Shown one piece after another: positions 27,744 to 37,319 of a DNA stretch of 64,000 nt. Every line of letters starts with the position of its first letter. The stretch's first letter is position 1. The DNA comes from Deltaproteobacteria bacterium. GTDB taxonomy: Bacteria > Myxococcota > Kuafuiibacteriia > Kuafuiibacteriales > Kuafuiibacteriaceae. The notes below the pieces were generated by a model that saw only the letters and a list, made by a program, of their open reading frames with translations, did no database searches and was not told the DNA's origin. A program made the translations under genes and the position numbers. The stretch is from assembly GCA_040218735.1 (NCBI GenBank), contig JAVJQW010000003.1, forward strand, positions 64,001-128,000. Direction: 5' to 3'.

Positions 27744-27745
27744 TG

Positions 27746-27762
27746 TGTTGCGCTGAGCAACA
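27746..27762. terminator. Short hairpin between the convergent WYL and panB genes
   Basis: tgttgc-gctga-gcaaca; no strong U tract. Confidence 0.3.
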
Positions 27763-27767
27763 TTCGC

Positions 27768-28676
27768 CTAGACCGGCACGCCGTAGAGGCCGCCGACTTC
27801 GTCGTCGTCGTCGATCTCCTGGGGCGCGGGGCGCACCACCTCCACGGGCCGGAACAGCTGCTCCTTGGAGTGGAACGTGTGCCGCTCCTCCGGGAAGGTG
27901 CCCTCGACGACTTCGCGCTTGTACTCGCCGACCGCTTCGACGACGGCGTCGCCGAGCTTGGCGTAGCGCTTCACGAACTTCGGGACGAAGTCCTCGAACA
28001 TGCCGAGGAGGTCGTAACAAACGAGCACCTGGCCGTCGCAGTCGACGCCGGCGCCGATGCCGATCGTCGGGATCGACAGCTGCGCCGTGACCACGCGCGA
28101 CAGCTCCACCGGCACGCCTTCCAACACGATCGCGTACGCGCCCGCGGCTTCGAGCGCCTTCGCGTCGCGCAGGATGCGCTCGGCCGCCGCGGCGTCCTTG
28201 CCCTGCACCTTGAAGCCGCCCATCGCGTGCACCGACTGCGGCGTGAGGCCGAGGTGGCCCATGACCGGGATGCCCGCGCCGACGAGGCGCTCCACCAGCG
28301 GCGCGTACACCGCGCCGCCTTCGAGCTTCACCGAGTGCGCGCCGCCCTCCTTCATCAGGCGGCCGGCGCTCCTAAAGCCTTCGGTCGGGTCGGCCTGGTA
28401 GCTCATGAACGGCAGGTCCGCGACGACGTGCGCGCGGGACGCGCCGCGGACGACCGCGCGGGTGTGGTAGATGATGTCGTCGAGCGTGACCGCGAGGGTG
28501 TTCTGCGCGCCCTGGATCACCATCCCGAGCGAGTCGCCCACGAGGATGACGTCGGCGCCGCCGCGGTCGACCAACCGCGCCATCGTCGCGTCGTACGCGG
28601 TGATCATGGTGATGCGCTCGCCGTCGGCCTTCATCTGCCGCAGCGTGGACGCAGTGACTTGTTTGATTCGCTTCAT
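27768..28676 (-). CDS. panB: 3-methyl-2-oxobutanoate hydroxymethyltransferase
   Basis: [29 protein letters not shown] and IGIGAG..CDGQVLV motifs. Confidence 0.97.
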   Translation of the reverse strand: MKRIKQVTASTLRQMKADGERITMITAYDATMARLVDRGGADVILVGDSLGMVIQGAQNTLAVTLDDIIYHTRAVVRGASRAHVVADLPFMSYQADPTEGFRSAGRLMKEGGAHSVKLEGGAVYAPLVERLVGAGIPVMGHLGLTPQSVHAMGGFKVQGKDAAAAERILRDAKALEAAGAYAIVLEGVPVELSRVVTAQLSIPTIGIGAGVDCDGQVLVCYDLLGMFEDFVPKFVKRYAKLGDAVVEAVGEYKREVVEGTFPEERHTFHSKEQLFRPVEVVRPAPQEIDDDDEVGGLYGVPV

Positions 28677-28753
28677 CGTTGACCTCTCGAGGTCGACGCT
28701 CCTCACGAGGAGAAGTCGCCGCCCCGCCTTCAGTCGGGGTGAACGACGCGTTC
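28677..28753 (-). promoter_or_regulatory. Structured panB leader with tandem hairpins, possibly a cis-regulatory RNA
   Basis: The mRNA contains CCUCGUGAGG and CCUCGAGAGG hairpins 18 nt apart plus a CCCCG/CGGGG hairpin; the proximal stem includes the SD-like GAGAGG. Confidence 0.45.
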
Positions 28754-29419
28754 TCAGCGACGCGTCGCGTAAGGATTATAGTGCTGAACGCCTTTTTTCA
28801 TTCGACGAATGGCGGAGATGACATCTTCCAAATGATTCTCCTTTTCGACGATGTCGATCTCCGAGGTGTTGATCACCAGCAGCGGCGTCCGGTCGTAGCG
28901 GAAGAAGTAGTCGTTGTACGCCGAGGACACCCGCTCCAGGTAATCCTGCGTGATCGGCCGCTCCCAATCGCGGTTCCGACTGCGGATTCGGTCGAGGAGC
29001 ACCTGCGGCCGCGCCTGCAGGTACACCACCAGATCCGGCTTCGGGACGCGGGGATCGAGCAGCCCGTAGATCCGGTCGTACAGCGCGAGCTCCGCCTCCT
29101 CGAGCGTCAGGTACGCGAAGATCCGGTCCTTCTGGAAGATGTAGTCGACGACCGTGCTGCGCGTGAACAGGTCCGGCTGCTTCAGCGATAGCTGCTGCTG
29201 GTAACGCGACAGCAGGAAGAACATCTGCGTCTGGAACGCCGTACGGCGCGGATCCGAGTAGAACTGCCGCAGGAACGGGTTCGTCTCGACCTCCTCGAGC
29301 ACCAGCTGCGCGGACAGGCGCTTCGCCAGGGATCGGGCGAGCGTCGTCTTCCCCACGCCCACGGGCCCCTCGATCGCGATCGTCCGCGGGGCCTCCTTTT
29401 CGTTCCTGCGCTTGGGCAT
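28754..29419 (-). CDS. Deoxynucleoside kinase family protein
   Basis: [14 protein letters not shown]-loop, [14 protein letters not shown] and PDLVVYLQA motifs. Confidence 0.93.
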   Translation of the reverse strand: MPKRRNEKEAPRTIAIEGPVGVGKTTLARSLAKRLSAQLVLEEVETNPFLRQFYSDPRRTAFQTQMFFLLSRYQQQLSLKQPDLFTRSTVVDYIFQKDRIFAYLTLEEAELALYDRIYGLLDPRVPKPDLVVYLQARPQVLLDRIRSRNRDWERPITQDYLERVSSAYNDYFFRYDRTPLLVINTSEIDIVEKENHLEDVISAIRRMKKGVQHYNPYATRR

Positions 29420-29507
29420 TTCGCCGGCGCGACTGTACGGACCGATCCGCGCTCCGCGCAAGCGACGACGGTGGCCATACATCGAAACATATGGTCATAT
29501 TTTGCCA

Positions 29508-29735
29508 GTGAATCCGGACCCCAACGTGACACGCGCCCTGCTCAAGCTCCTCGTCGCGGTGAAGGCCAACCCCAACGCCGACGTCGACGCCCTCATCGCC
29601 GCCGCCGCCCACGCCTCGGGGATCTCCGCGGAGGGGTTGCGCGCGTATGCGATCGAGCACACGGGCTTGCTCGCCGGCGCGCCGCGGGAGGACGTTGTCT
29701 CCGTCGCCGCCGCCGCGCTGGCGAAGGGAAGGTAG
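29508..29735 (+). CDS. Small hypothetical protein
   Basis: GTG 29508, host-like codon usage, helical 75 aa. Confidence 0.5.
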   Translation: MNPDPNVTRALLKLLVAVKANPNADVDALIAAAAHASGISAEGLRAYAIEHTGLLAGAPREDVVSVAAAALAKGR

Positions 29736-29743
29736 GACCGAGT

Positions 29744-30514
29744 GTGAGCCGTTGCCATCACCGAACGCGGAGGGGAGGCGCCGCGCTGGTGTTGGTCGCC
29801 GCTCTGTACGCCTGCGAGGGATCGTCGGGCGTCGCAGAGCGTAGCATCGCCGGCAACGTCGACCTCCTCACCGCCCGCACGCTCGTCGTGGATTCGGTGG
29901 TGGAAGTGATCGTGACCGGCAACCCCAGAGCAGACGACATCGCTTACGCGCTGGACGCCGTTGTCACCGCTTCCACCGCGACCGTCGCCAATCGCCTCGC
30001 GGATCGCTTGGTCATCGGTGTGGATCGCCCCGAGGACGACGTCGTTCGCGTCCGCCTCGACCCGCTCGACAACGGCACCCTCAGCGGACAGCTGCGGCTC
30101 ACCGTCCCGTCCGATCTCGATCTCGGCGTCCTGCAGCGCGCCGCGCAGGTCACCGTCGATTCGATGGACGCCGTCGTGCAGGTCGACTCGATCGGCGCGG
30201 TGCGGATCGTCGATCCCGGCGGCTACGTCTCGGTCGGCGTGCAGACCGGCGCGGTGGTCGTGGAGTCGACGCTCCCGGTCGGCGAGACGACGGAGGTCTC
30301 GGTGCGCAACGGCGACATCCAGCTGCTCGTCCCGCAGCAGATCAGCGCCGCGATCAGCGCGACCGCCGGTGGTGCGGGGAGCGTGCAGATCCAACATCCG
30401 AGTCTCCCGCGACCCCTCGCGAACCGGCCCTACGCCGCAACGGTCAACGGCGGCCTCAACAGCGTGCGCCTGTCGACGATGAACGGCAGCGTGTTCATCC
30501 AGGTACAACAGTAA
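29744..30514 (+). CDS. DUF4097/adhesin-like beta-strand repeat lipoprotein
   Basis: ALYAC lipobox; [14 protein letters not shown] and [10 protein letters not shown] repeats. Confidence 0.7.
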   Translation: MSRCHHRTRRGGAALVLVAALYACEGSSGVAERSIAGNVDLLTARTLVVDSVVEVIVTGNPRADDIAYALDAVVTASTATVANRLADRLVIGVDRPEDDVVRVRLDPLDNGTLSGQLRLTVPSDLDLGVLQRAAQVTVDSMDAVVQVDSIGAVRIVDPGGYVSVGVQTGAVVVESTLPVGETTEVSVRNGDIQLLVPQQISAAISATAGGAGSVQIQHPSLPRPLANRPYAATVNGGLNSVRLSTMNGSVFIQVQQ

Positions 30515-30525
30515 GGAGCTCGGTC

Positions 30526-31821
30526 GTGAGCGAGAAGTTCGTCATCGAAGGTGGGTCGCCCATCAGCGGCACCATTCGTCCCAGCGGTAACAAAAACGCC
30601 GCGCTGCCGCTCGTCGCGGCGACACTCCTCACCGACGAGGAGGTCGTCCTCAGAAACCTCCCCGACATCCGCGACGTCCGCGTGCTCACCGAGATCGTCG
30701 AGCAGCTCGGCGTCACCGTCTCGCACCGCGAGCCCGGCGTCGTCTCGTTCACCGCGAACCGCGTCAACGGCAAGGAGCCGGACGCCAGCCAGTGCATGCA
30801 CATCCGCGCGTCGGTGCTGCTCGCCGGCCCGCTCGTCGCGCGCCGCGGACACGTCGAGCTCCCGCCCCCCGGCGGCGACGTCATCGGGCGCCGCCGCCTC
30901 GACACCCACGTCCTCGCCCTCGAAGCGCTTGGTGCGAAGTCCGAGTACGGCCCGAAGACCTACCGCTTCACCGCGCCGGGCCGCCTGCAGGGCGCCGACG
31001 TCTTCCTCGACGAAGCCTCCGTGACCGCGACGGAGAACGCGATCATGGCGGCCGCGCTCGCGGAGGGGACGACGATCCTCGAGAACGCCGCGGGTGAGCC
31101 GCACGTGCAGGACCTCTGCCGATTGATCAACGCGATGGGCGGATCGATCCGCGGCATCGGGACGAACCGCCTCGAGATCGAAGGCGTCGAACGCCTGCAC
31201 GGCGCCGACTACACCCTCGGCCCGGACTACATCGAAGTCGGCTCGCTCATCACCCTCGCCGCGGTCACCGGCGGCGAGCTGCGCATCCTCGACGCGCGCC
31301 CCGAGGAGCACCGCTCGACGCGGATCGCTTTCAAGAAGATCGGGATCGAATTTCACGCCGGAGAGAACGGCCGCGACATCGTCGTGCCCGGCGGCCAGCG
31401 CATGAAGGTAGCCGAAGATCTCGGCGGCGCGATCCCCAAGATCGAAGACTCACCGTGGCCCGGCTTCCCGGCGGACCTCACGTCGATCGCCGTCGTCGGC
31501 GCGACGCAGAGCGAAGGCACGGTGCTCATCTTCGAGAAGATGTTCGAGTCGCGCCTGTTCTTCACGGACCGCCTCGCGTCGATGGGCGCGAAGCTGATCC
31601 TCTGCGACCCTCACCGCGTCGTCGTCAGCGGCAAGTCGAACCTCATCGCGCAGGAGCTCGTCAGCCCGGACATCCGAGCGGGCATGGCGCTGGTGATCGC
31701 TGCGCTGTGCGCCGAAGGCACGAGCGTCATCCACAACGTGCAGCAGATCGATCGCGGCTACGAACGCATCGACGAACGCCTCAACGCCCTGGGCGCAAAG
31801 ATCCAGAGAAGCCCCGGCTGA
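30526..31821 (+). CDS. murA: UDP-N-acetylglucosamine 1-carboxyvinyltransferase
   Basis: [47 protein letters not shown] and IDRGYE motifs. Confidence 0.97.
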   Translation: MSEKFVIEGGSPISGTIRPSGNKNAALPLVAATLLTDEEVVLRNLPDIRDVRVLTEIVEQLGVTVSHREPGVVSFTANRVNGKEPDASQCMHIRASVLLAGPLVARRGHVELPPPGGDVIGRRRLDTHVLALEALGAKSEYGPKTYRFTAPGRLQGADVFLDEASVTATENAIMAAALAEGTTILENAAGEPHVQDLCRLINAMGGSIRGIGTNRLEIEGVERLHGADYTLGPDYIEVGSLITLAAVTGGELRILDARPEEHRSTRIAFKKIGIEFHAGENGRDIVVPGGQRMKVAEDLGGAIPKIEDSPWPGFPADLTSIAVVGATQSEGTVLIFEKMFESRLFFTDRLASMGAKLILCDPHRVVVSGKSNLIAQELVSPDIRAGMALVIAALCAEGTSVIHNVQQIDRGYERIDERLNALGAKIQRSPG

Positions 31822-31855
31822 ATCCGCCGCATCCCGAATCACAAACCTAGCCCCA

Positions 31856-31929
31856 GCCCCAGCCCTTCGAGGCTCGGCGAGGCCGCGGCAAAACGGAGGC
31901 CTCAACGCTGGGAGGGCGAGGGCTGGGGC
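31856..31929. repeat. Intergenic inverted repeat (REP-like element or bidirectional terminator)
   Basis: Perfect 11-bp arms GCCCCAGCCCT / AGGGCTGGGGC with an inner GAGGCC/GGCCTC stem, between convergent genes. Confidence 0.55.
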
Positions 31930-31953
31930 GAGGGGGTCCCCTGGTCGCGGCCT

Positions 31954-32880
31954 CTAGCGCGCCACCGCAACGCTCTCCGCAACCTGATGCCCCAGATGCA
32001 CCGCCATCCCCGGGTGCCGCTTCGCCAACGCGATCAGCGCATTCAGGCTCTCCGCGTTCGCCTCGTGATCCGCCGTGAACGACCCCGGCTCCACGCCGTG
32101 GTCCCACCCCCACGCGGTGTGTGAAGTATCGCCGACGATCAACGCCGGCCCCTCCGTCGTGCGCGCCACGAACGCCAGGCTCCCGGGCGTGTGCCCCGGG
32201 ACGTGGATCGCGAACAGGCTCCCGTCGCCGAACACGTCGACCACCGCGCGCGGCGCGACTTCGAGCTCGCGCAGATCCAACCCGTCGAGCGCGCGATCCG
32301 TGGTGCCCTGCACGAACATGTACGAGAACATCGACGCCTCGTGCTCGCCCGGTCCCACGTAGACCGGCGTCCCGTCCGGCACGTCCGGCAGCCCCATGAT
32401 GTGGTCGATGTGCAGGTGCGTGAGGAACACCCCCGCCGGCGCGCCGTTGTCCGCGATCCACGCGCGCGTGTCGCGATGCACCACCAGCTTCTCCATACCC
32501 ATGACCGACGCAACCAGCGACGACAGCGCCGAGTCGTCCGCGTCGCCGTCGACCAGCGCCTGCTCCACGCCCGAGTCGACGAAGAACGCGCCCCGCTCCG
32601 GGTGGTGCAACACGTACAGATAGATCTGGATCGGCTCCTCGCCGTCCTCGAGCCCCTCCGCCTCCGGGTGGTCGAGGTTGATCAACCCACCGCGCTCCAC
32701 GGCCCAATCCGCCGCGACCACCTTCTCCAGACGGATGGGCCCCGGCGCCGCCAGCGACGCCTCCATCACCTCCATCGACACCACGGGGCCGAGCTCGGCG
32801 GGGCGCGTCGTCGCGGAGGTCACGCTACAGCCGACGCAGGACAGGGACAGGAGCCAAACGCTTCGATTCATGGTGTCCAT
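31954..32880 (-). CDS. MBL-fold metallo-hydrolase lipoprotein (AHL-lactonase-like)
   Basis: THLHIDHIMG, GHTPG, VGD and LGH motifs; CVGC lipobox. Start is 32880 or 32871. Confidence 0.85.
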   Translation of the reverse strand: MDTMNRSVWLLSLSCVGCSVTSATTRPAELGPVVSMEVMEASLAAPGPIRLEKVVAADWAVERGGLINLDHPEAEGLEDGEEPIQIYLYVLHHPERGAFFVDSGVEQALVDGDADDSALSSLVASVMGMEKLVVHRDTRAWIADNGAPAGVFLTHLHIDHIMGLPDVPDGTPVYVGPGEHEASMFSYMFVQGTTDRALDGLDLRELEVAPRAVVDVFGDGSLFAIHVPGHTPGSLAFVARTTEGPALIVGDTSHTAWGWDHGVEPGSFTADHEANAESLNALIALAKRHPGMAVHLGHQVAESVAVAR

Positions 32881-32905
32881 TTTGGGCATCCGATTCCAGA
32901 TGGAA

Positions 32906-32922
32906 ATCCGCTAAATTCGGAT
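32906..32922. promoter_or_regulatory. Putative LysR binding site ATCCG-N7-CGGAT
   Basis: Inverted repeat in the short divergent intergenic region between lysR and the hydrolase. Confidence 0.5.
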
Positions 32923-32936
32923 GCACCCATTCGATC

Positions 32937-33842
32937 ATGCATATCCCCTGGAACGACGTCGCTCTCTTCCTCGCCGTCGCCGAGACCGCGAGCTTCTCCG
33001 CCGCTGCGCGTCGGCTCGGGCTCGGCCAGCCGACGATCAGTCGCCGGATCGCCCAGCTCGAGGAGCTCCTCGAACGCGCCCTCTTCTTCCGCGGCGCGGA
33101 AGGCGCCCAGCTCACCGCGGCCGGCGAGCGGCTCCTCCCGGTCGCGCGCCGGATGGCGGAGTGCGCCGGAGAGCTCGAACGCCTCGCGACCGACGACGAT
33201 CCCACGCCCGAGGGCGTCGTCCGCGTCGCCGCGCCGCCCGGGATCGCGTTCGATTTCCTCGCCCCCTTCGCCGCGCACCTCGCGAAGCGAAGCGCCGGGC
33301 TGCGACTGGAGGTCCTCGCGAGCGTCACGCACCTCGACCTCCTCCGCAACGAAGCGGACCTCGCGCTCCGCACCAAGAAGCCCACGCTCCACGAGCTCGC
33401 GTGCCTCGCCGAGGTGCAGGTCCCCGCGCGCGCGTTTGCGTCGAAGGACTACGTCAAACGCCTCCGGCCGAAGTACGGCCCCGCGGACGTCGACTGGATC
33501 ACGTGGGCGCCGCCGTACCACAACCTGCCCCCGCGACCGCAGCTGGAGAAGCTGATCGAAGGGTTCGAGCCGTCGTTCACATCCGACAGCTTCCTGGTGC
33601 AACGCGCCGCCGCCGAGGCCGGGCTCGGCGCGATGTTCGCGGGGATCGTCGACCACCGCTTCGTGCGCCGAACCCGGCTCGTGCCGCTCGACCTCGACTT
33701 CGGCGTGGTGTCGTCGACGTACCTCGTGTGCGCGCAGACCATGGTGCGCGTCCCGCGCGTGCGCGCGGTGATCGACCTGCTCCTCGAGGAGATCGGACGC
33801 ACCGAGGGCATCGAGCTGACCGTGCAACTGGACCCGACTTGA
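32937..33842 (+). CDS. LysR family transcriptional regulator
   Basis: FLAVAETASFSAAARRLGLGQPTISRRIAQLE HTH; EADLALR. Confidence 0.95.
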   Translation: MHIPWNDVALFLAVAETASFSAAARRLGLGQPTISRRIAQLEELLERALFFRGAEGAQLTAAGERLLPVARRMAECAGELERLATDDDPTPEGVVRVAAPPGIAFDFLAPFAAHLAKRSAGLRLEVLASVTHLDLLRNEADLALRTKKPTLHELACLAEVQVPARAFASKDYVKRLRPKYGPADVDWITWAPPYHNLPPRPQLEKLIEGFEPSFTSDSFLVQRAAAEAGLGAMFAGIVDHRFVRRTRLVPLDLDFGVVSSTYLVCAQTMVRVPRVRAVIDLLLEEIGRTEGIELTVQLDPT

Positions 33843-33873
33843 CGCGCGGCGCGAGGCGCGCAGGCTGGGCGCC

Positions 33874-34566
33874 GTGCGCACCGCCGTCGTCGCTCTCGTC
33901 ACCCTCCTGATCGGGTTCGCGCTCGGGTGGGCGCTCAAACCCACGCCCTCGCCCGTCGCCGCTGCCTCCACCGAAGCGATCGCGCGCACCGAGACACGCG
34001 TCGTGACGAAGACCGTCGAGGTCCCCGCCGCGAAGCGCGAGCGCGCAACCCCCTCGCTCGAACACCAGGTCCAGCAGCTCACCGTCGACAAGGCCGCCGC
34101 CGAGGCACGCGTCGCGGAGCTCGAAGCGCAGCTCGACAACCAGCGCGCAGTGACCAAGCAGCTCGAAGGTCGCGCGATCGCGTGGCCGGACGGCGTCGAT
34201 CCGCGCTTCACCGAGCCGCGCTTCCTCGCTGCGCTGAACGACGCGATGGCGAAGGAGAAGCTCCCCGGTGAGGTCCGCGGCCTCGACTGCACGGAGTTCC
34301 CGTGCATCGCGCACGGTCAGCTCGAGCTGGACAACCCGCGCGACCGCGAGAAGCTCGAGCGCCTCTTCGCTTCGATGAAGAGCCGGTATCCGGGCGCCGA
34401 CTTCTACATCTCCCAAACCGTCCATACCGACGACCCCAACGGCAGCGATCCCGCGCAGCAACGCTTCTCGATGTCGTTTTATCCGCCCGAGAGCGACGAC
34501 GAGGCCCGACGCGCGATGAACGTGCGGTTGCGCAGCCGAAAGAACGCATACGTCGACGCGGAATGA
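33874..34566 (+). CDS. Hypothetical membrane-anchored coiled-coil protein
   Basis: N-terminal TM helix, coiled coil, CTEFPC motif. Confidence 0.7.
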   Translation: MRTAVVALVTLLIGFALGWALKPTPSPVAAASTEAIARTETRVVTKTVEVPAAKRERATPSLEHQVQQLTVDKAAAEARVAELEAQLDNQRAVTKQLEGRAIAWPDGVDPRFTEPRFLAALNDAMAKEKLPGEVRGLDCTEFPCIAHGQLELDNPRDREKLERLFASMKSRYPGADFYISQTVHTDDPNGSDPAQQRFSMSFYPPESDDEARRAMNVRLRSRKNAYVDAE

Positions 34567-34606
34567 CGATCCGGCCCCCGCGCGACGTCCAACGTCCGTG
34601 GGTGCG

Positions 34607-34635
34607 TTGACAGAGCCTCGACCTCTCCGTACGGG
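34607..34635 (+). promoter_or_regulatory. Possible sigma70 promoter
   Basis: TTGACA, 17 bp, TACGGG upstream of 34648; the -10 is weak. Confidence 0.35.
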
Positions 34636-34647
34636 TGGAAGGTCGTC

Positions 34648-35415
34648 ATGAGAGGCATTCGGCTACTCGGATTCACGATGCTCGCGGCGCTCGTCGCGGG
34701 CCCCGCCGCCGCGAAGACACCGGACGGCTGGGAGTACATCGGGACCGACAGCAACGTCACGCTGTACAAGAAGAACGTCGAGGGCAGCGACATGTTCGCG
34801 TTCCGCGGCATCACCTACGCGGACGTCCACATCGGGAAGCTCTACGAAGTCCTCCGGGACCCGGACCAACGCGCCGACTGGGTCGACCGCTACGAGGACG
34901 GCGGCACCCTCAAGATGATGGACGACGGACAGGAGTATTGGATCCACTTCGGGCTCCCGTGGCCCGTCGCCGACCGCGACTACGTGCTGCGCTCCAAGTC
35001 GAAGCTCCTCCCCGACCGCCGCACGCTCATCGTGAACATCAACTCCTTCGAGCACCCGAAGCGACCGCCGAACGACTGCTGCGTCCGCGCGCTCGCCAAA
35101 CGCACGTACTACGAGTTCACCGCGATCCCCGGCGAAGAGCGGACGAAGCTCGTCGTCGAAGTGCACACCGACCCGCGCGGCTCGCTGCCGTCGTGGCTCG
35201 TGAACATCATCCAGAAGAAGTGGCCGTCGAAGACCCTCTCGGGCCTCATCGCTCAGACGAAGAAGTCGAACCCGAAGCCCAACGTCGCGATGAAGGACTG
35301 GCACGACAAGTCGGTCGCCGCCGCCGAGCCCGCGCCCGAGCCAACGACGCCCGAAGCGCCCGCGACCGAGACGACGCCCGAGGCCGAAGCGCCCGAGGGT
35401 GAGTCCGCGCCCTAG
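34648..35415 (+). CDS. START-domain lipid-binding protein (exported)
   Basis: Signal peptide; LPWPVADRDYV and DPRGSLPSWLVN motifs. Confidence 0.85.
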   Translation: MRGIRLLGFTMLAALVAGPAAAKTPDGWEYIGTDSNVTLYKKNVEGSDMFAFRGITYADVHIGKLYEVLRDPDQRADWVDRYEDGGTLKMMDDGQEYWIHFGLPWPVADRDYVLRSKSKLLPDRRTLIVNINSFEHPKRPPNDCCVRALAKRTYYEFTAIPGEERTKLVVEVHTDPRGSLPSWLVNIIQKKWPSKTLSGLIAQTKKSNPKPNVAMKDWHDKSVAAAEPAPEPTTPEAPATETTPEAEAPEGESAP

Positions 35416-35494
35416 ACTAGGCTGAGGCCCGGCGCGGAGCGGCGGGTCCGAAGACTGTGCCAAGGTCACTCGCGAAGCGAGCGACCGTTATGGC

Positions 35495-37222
35495 TTAGGC
35501 CGCCGGCCGCCACGGGGCGGCTTCGAGCATCGTCGTCGCCGCGGACTGCGGGACGGCCCCCGCGAACAAGAACCCCTGGGCGATCCTGCAGCCCTGGCAG
35601 GCGGCGCGCTCCGCTTCGTCCGGCGTCTCGATGCCGAACGCGACCACGTCGAGTCCGAGGTGCTCCGCCATCGCGTGCATCGCGCCGAGCACCATGACTT
35701 GCTGAGGCTCGCGCGCCGCGGTGAAGCGGCGGTCGAGCTTGATCGTCGACACCGAATGGCGTGCGAGGCCCGCGACGCTCGAGATGTCGGAGCCGAAGTG
35801 GTCGACGACGATGCGAACGCCGATCTCCGAGAGAGACGTGAGGCTCGCCGCGATGGTCGGTGCCTCGAGGTCCAGCACGGCGGCCGGCACTTCGATCTCC
35901 AGCGAGGACGGCGGAACCGAGGCCTTCGCGAGCGCCTTTTCGACGGCGTCCGGGAAGCGCTTCGATTCGAGCTCGCGGCTCGAGACGTTGACCGCGACCG
36001 TGATGTCCGGCCGCACCGTCCGCCACGCCGCGAGGGCGCCGCAGGCCGAGTCCAACATCTGCTCGCCGGCGGGGACGATCATCCCGGTGCGTTCGAGCGT
36101 TCGGATGAACTGGCCGACGTCGACGTTGGCGAGCCGGTCGCTCGGCGGCCAGCGAATCAGCGCCTCGAAGCCGCGGACGGCCCCCGTCGCGAGGACGATC
36201 TGCGGCTGGAAGTACGAGACCAGGTGACCCCGGTCGACGACCTCGTTGACGGCGCTGTCGAGGGACGGGATCGACGGCGTCTTCGGCCGCATGTCCGTAG
36301 AGAACTCCACGACCCGGTTTCGACCGGACCGCTTTGCCTCGTACATCGCGCGGTCCGCGGCCTGGCAGAGGTCGGTCGTCGACTCCGACGCGTCGGGAAA
36401 GAGCGCGACGCCGCAGCTCGCCGACACCCGCACCTCGACGCCGGACTCGAGCGGAATCGGTTCGGCGAGGCTGCGGATGACACGGTCCGCGAGGGTGGAC
36501 GGCAGCCGCTCGTCGAAGGGTCCGCTGATCAGGACGACGAACTCGTCGCCGCCGAGGCGCGCCACGAGATCGTATTCGCGCACGACGTCCTCGAGACGGC
36601 GGGCCACGACGCAGAGGACGTGGTCACCGGCGGCGTGACCGTGCTGGTCGTTGATGGGTTTGAAGAGATCGAGGTCGATGTTGATCAGCGCGACGCGATC
36701 GCTCGTGCGACGCGAGCGCGCCATGTCTTGGGCGAGGCGCGACTCGAACGCCGCGCGATTCGCGAGCCCGGTGAGCGCATCCTTCATCGCGCGATCGCTC
36801 AGCCACAGCTCGTTGCGCTTGCGCGCGACGGCGTAGGTGATGGCGCGCTTGAGCGCGTTGCGATCCGCCTCGTCCTTGACCAGGAAGTCCTGGGCACCGC
36901 GGCCGAGGGCCTCGACGGCGACCATTCGATCGTCCTGTCCGCTCATGACGACGAGCGGCGTGTTCGGCGCGATGCGCCGGATGGCTTCGACGGCTTCGAG
37001 CCCGTCCGCGTCGGGGAGGCCCAGGTCGGCGACGACCAACGGGTAGACGCGCTCCGACAGCAGCTCGAGCGCGAGGTCGAGGCGATCGACGTGGTCGATG
37101 ATCCACCGCGTCTGATCGCCCTTCAGGTAGGAGCGAACGAGCGCCGCGTCGCCCGGATTGTCCTCGACGAGGAGGAGCGTCTGAACGTCCTCTCCGTGCT
37201 CCTGCTGATGTACCGCAACCAT
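35495..37222 (-). CDS. Response regulator REC-GGDEF-EAL (EAL degenerate)
   Basis: LLVEDN..D..K receiver; DALTGLANR; REYD I-site and GGDEF; EAL followed by DHFG and AFGIE. Confidence 0.92.
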   Translation of the reverse strand: MVAVHQQEHGEDVQTLLLVEDNPGDAALVRSYLKGDQTRWIIDHVDRLDLALELLSERVYPLVVADLGLPDADGLEAVEAIRRIAPNTPLVVMSGQDDRMVAVEALGRGAQDFLVKDEADRNALKRAITYAVARKRNELWLSDRAMKDALTGLANRAAFESRLAQDMARSRRTSDRVALINIDLDLFKPINDQHGHAAGDHVLCVVARRLEDVVREYDLVARLGGDEFVVLISGPFDERLPSTLADRVIRSLAEPIPLESGVEVRVSASCGVALFPDASESTTDLCQAADRAMYEAKRSGRNRVVEFSTDMRPKTPSIPSLDSAVNEVVDRGHLVSYFQPQIVLATGAVRGFEALIRWPPSDRLANVDVGQFIRTLERTGMIVPAGEQMLDSACGALAAWRTVRPDITVAVNVSSRELESKRFPDAVEKALAKASVPPSSLEIEVPAAVLDLEAPTIAASLTSLSEIGVRIVVDHFGSDISSVAGLARHSVSTIKLDRRFTAAREPQQVMVLGAMHAMAEHLGLDVVAFGIETPDEAERAACQGCRIAQGFLFAGAVPQSAATTMLEAAPWRPAA

Positions 37223-37319
37223 CTCGTCTCGCCGTGGGATCGAATCGGCCGCGGGGCCAGGTTCATGAGCGGACAAGCTTGCGACACCCTCCGGCGAGTG
37301 GTGCTATCCCCGTACCGCC

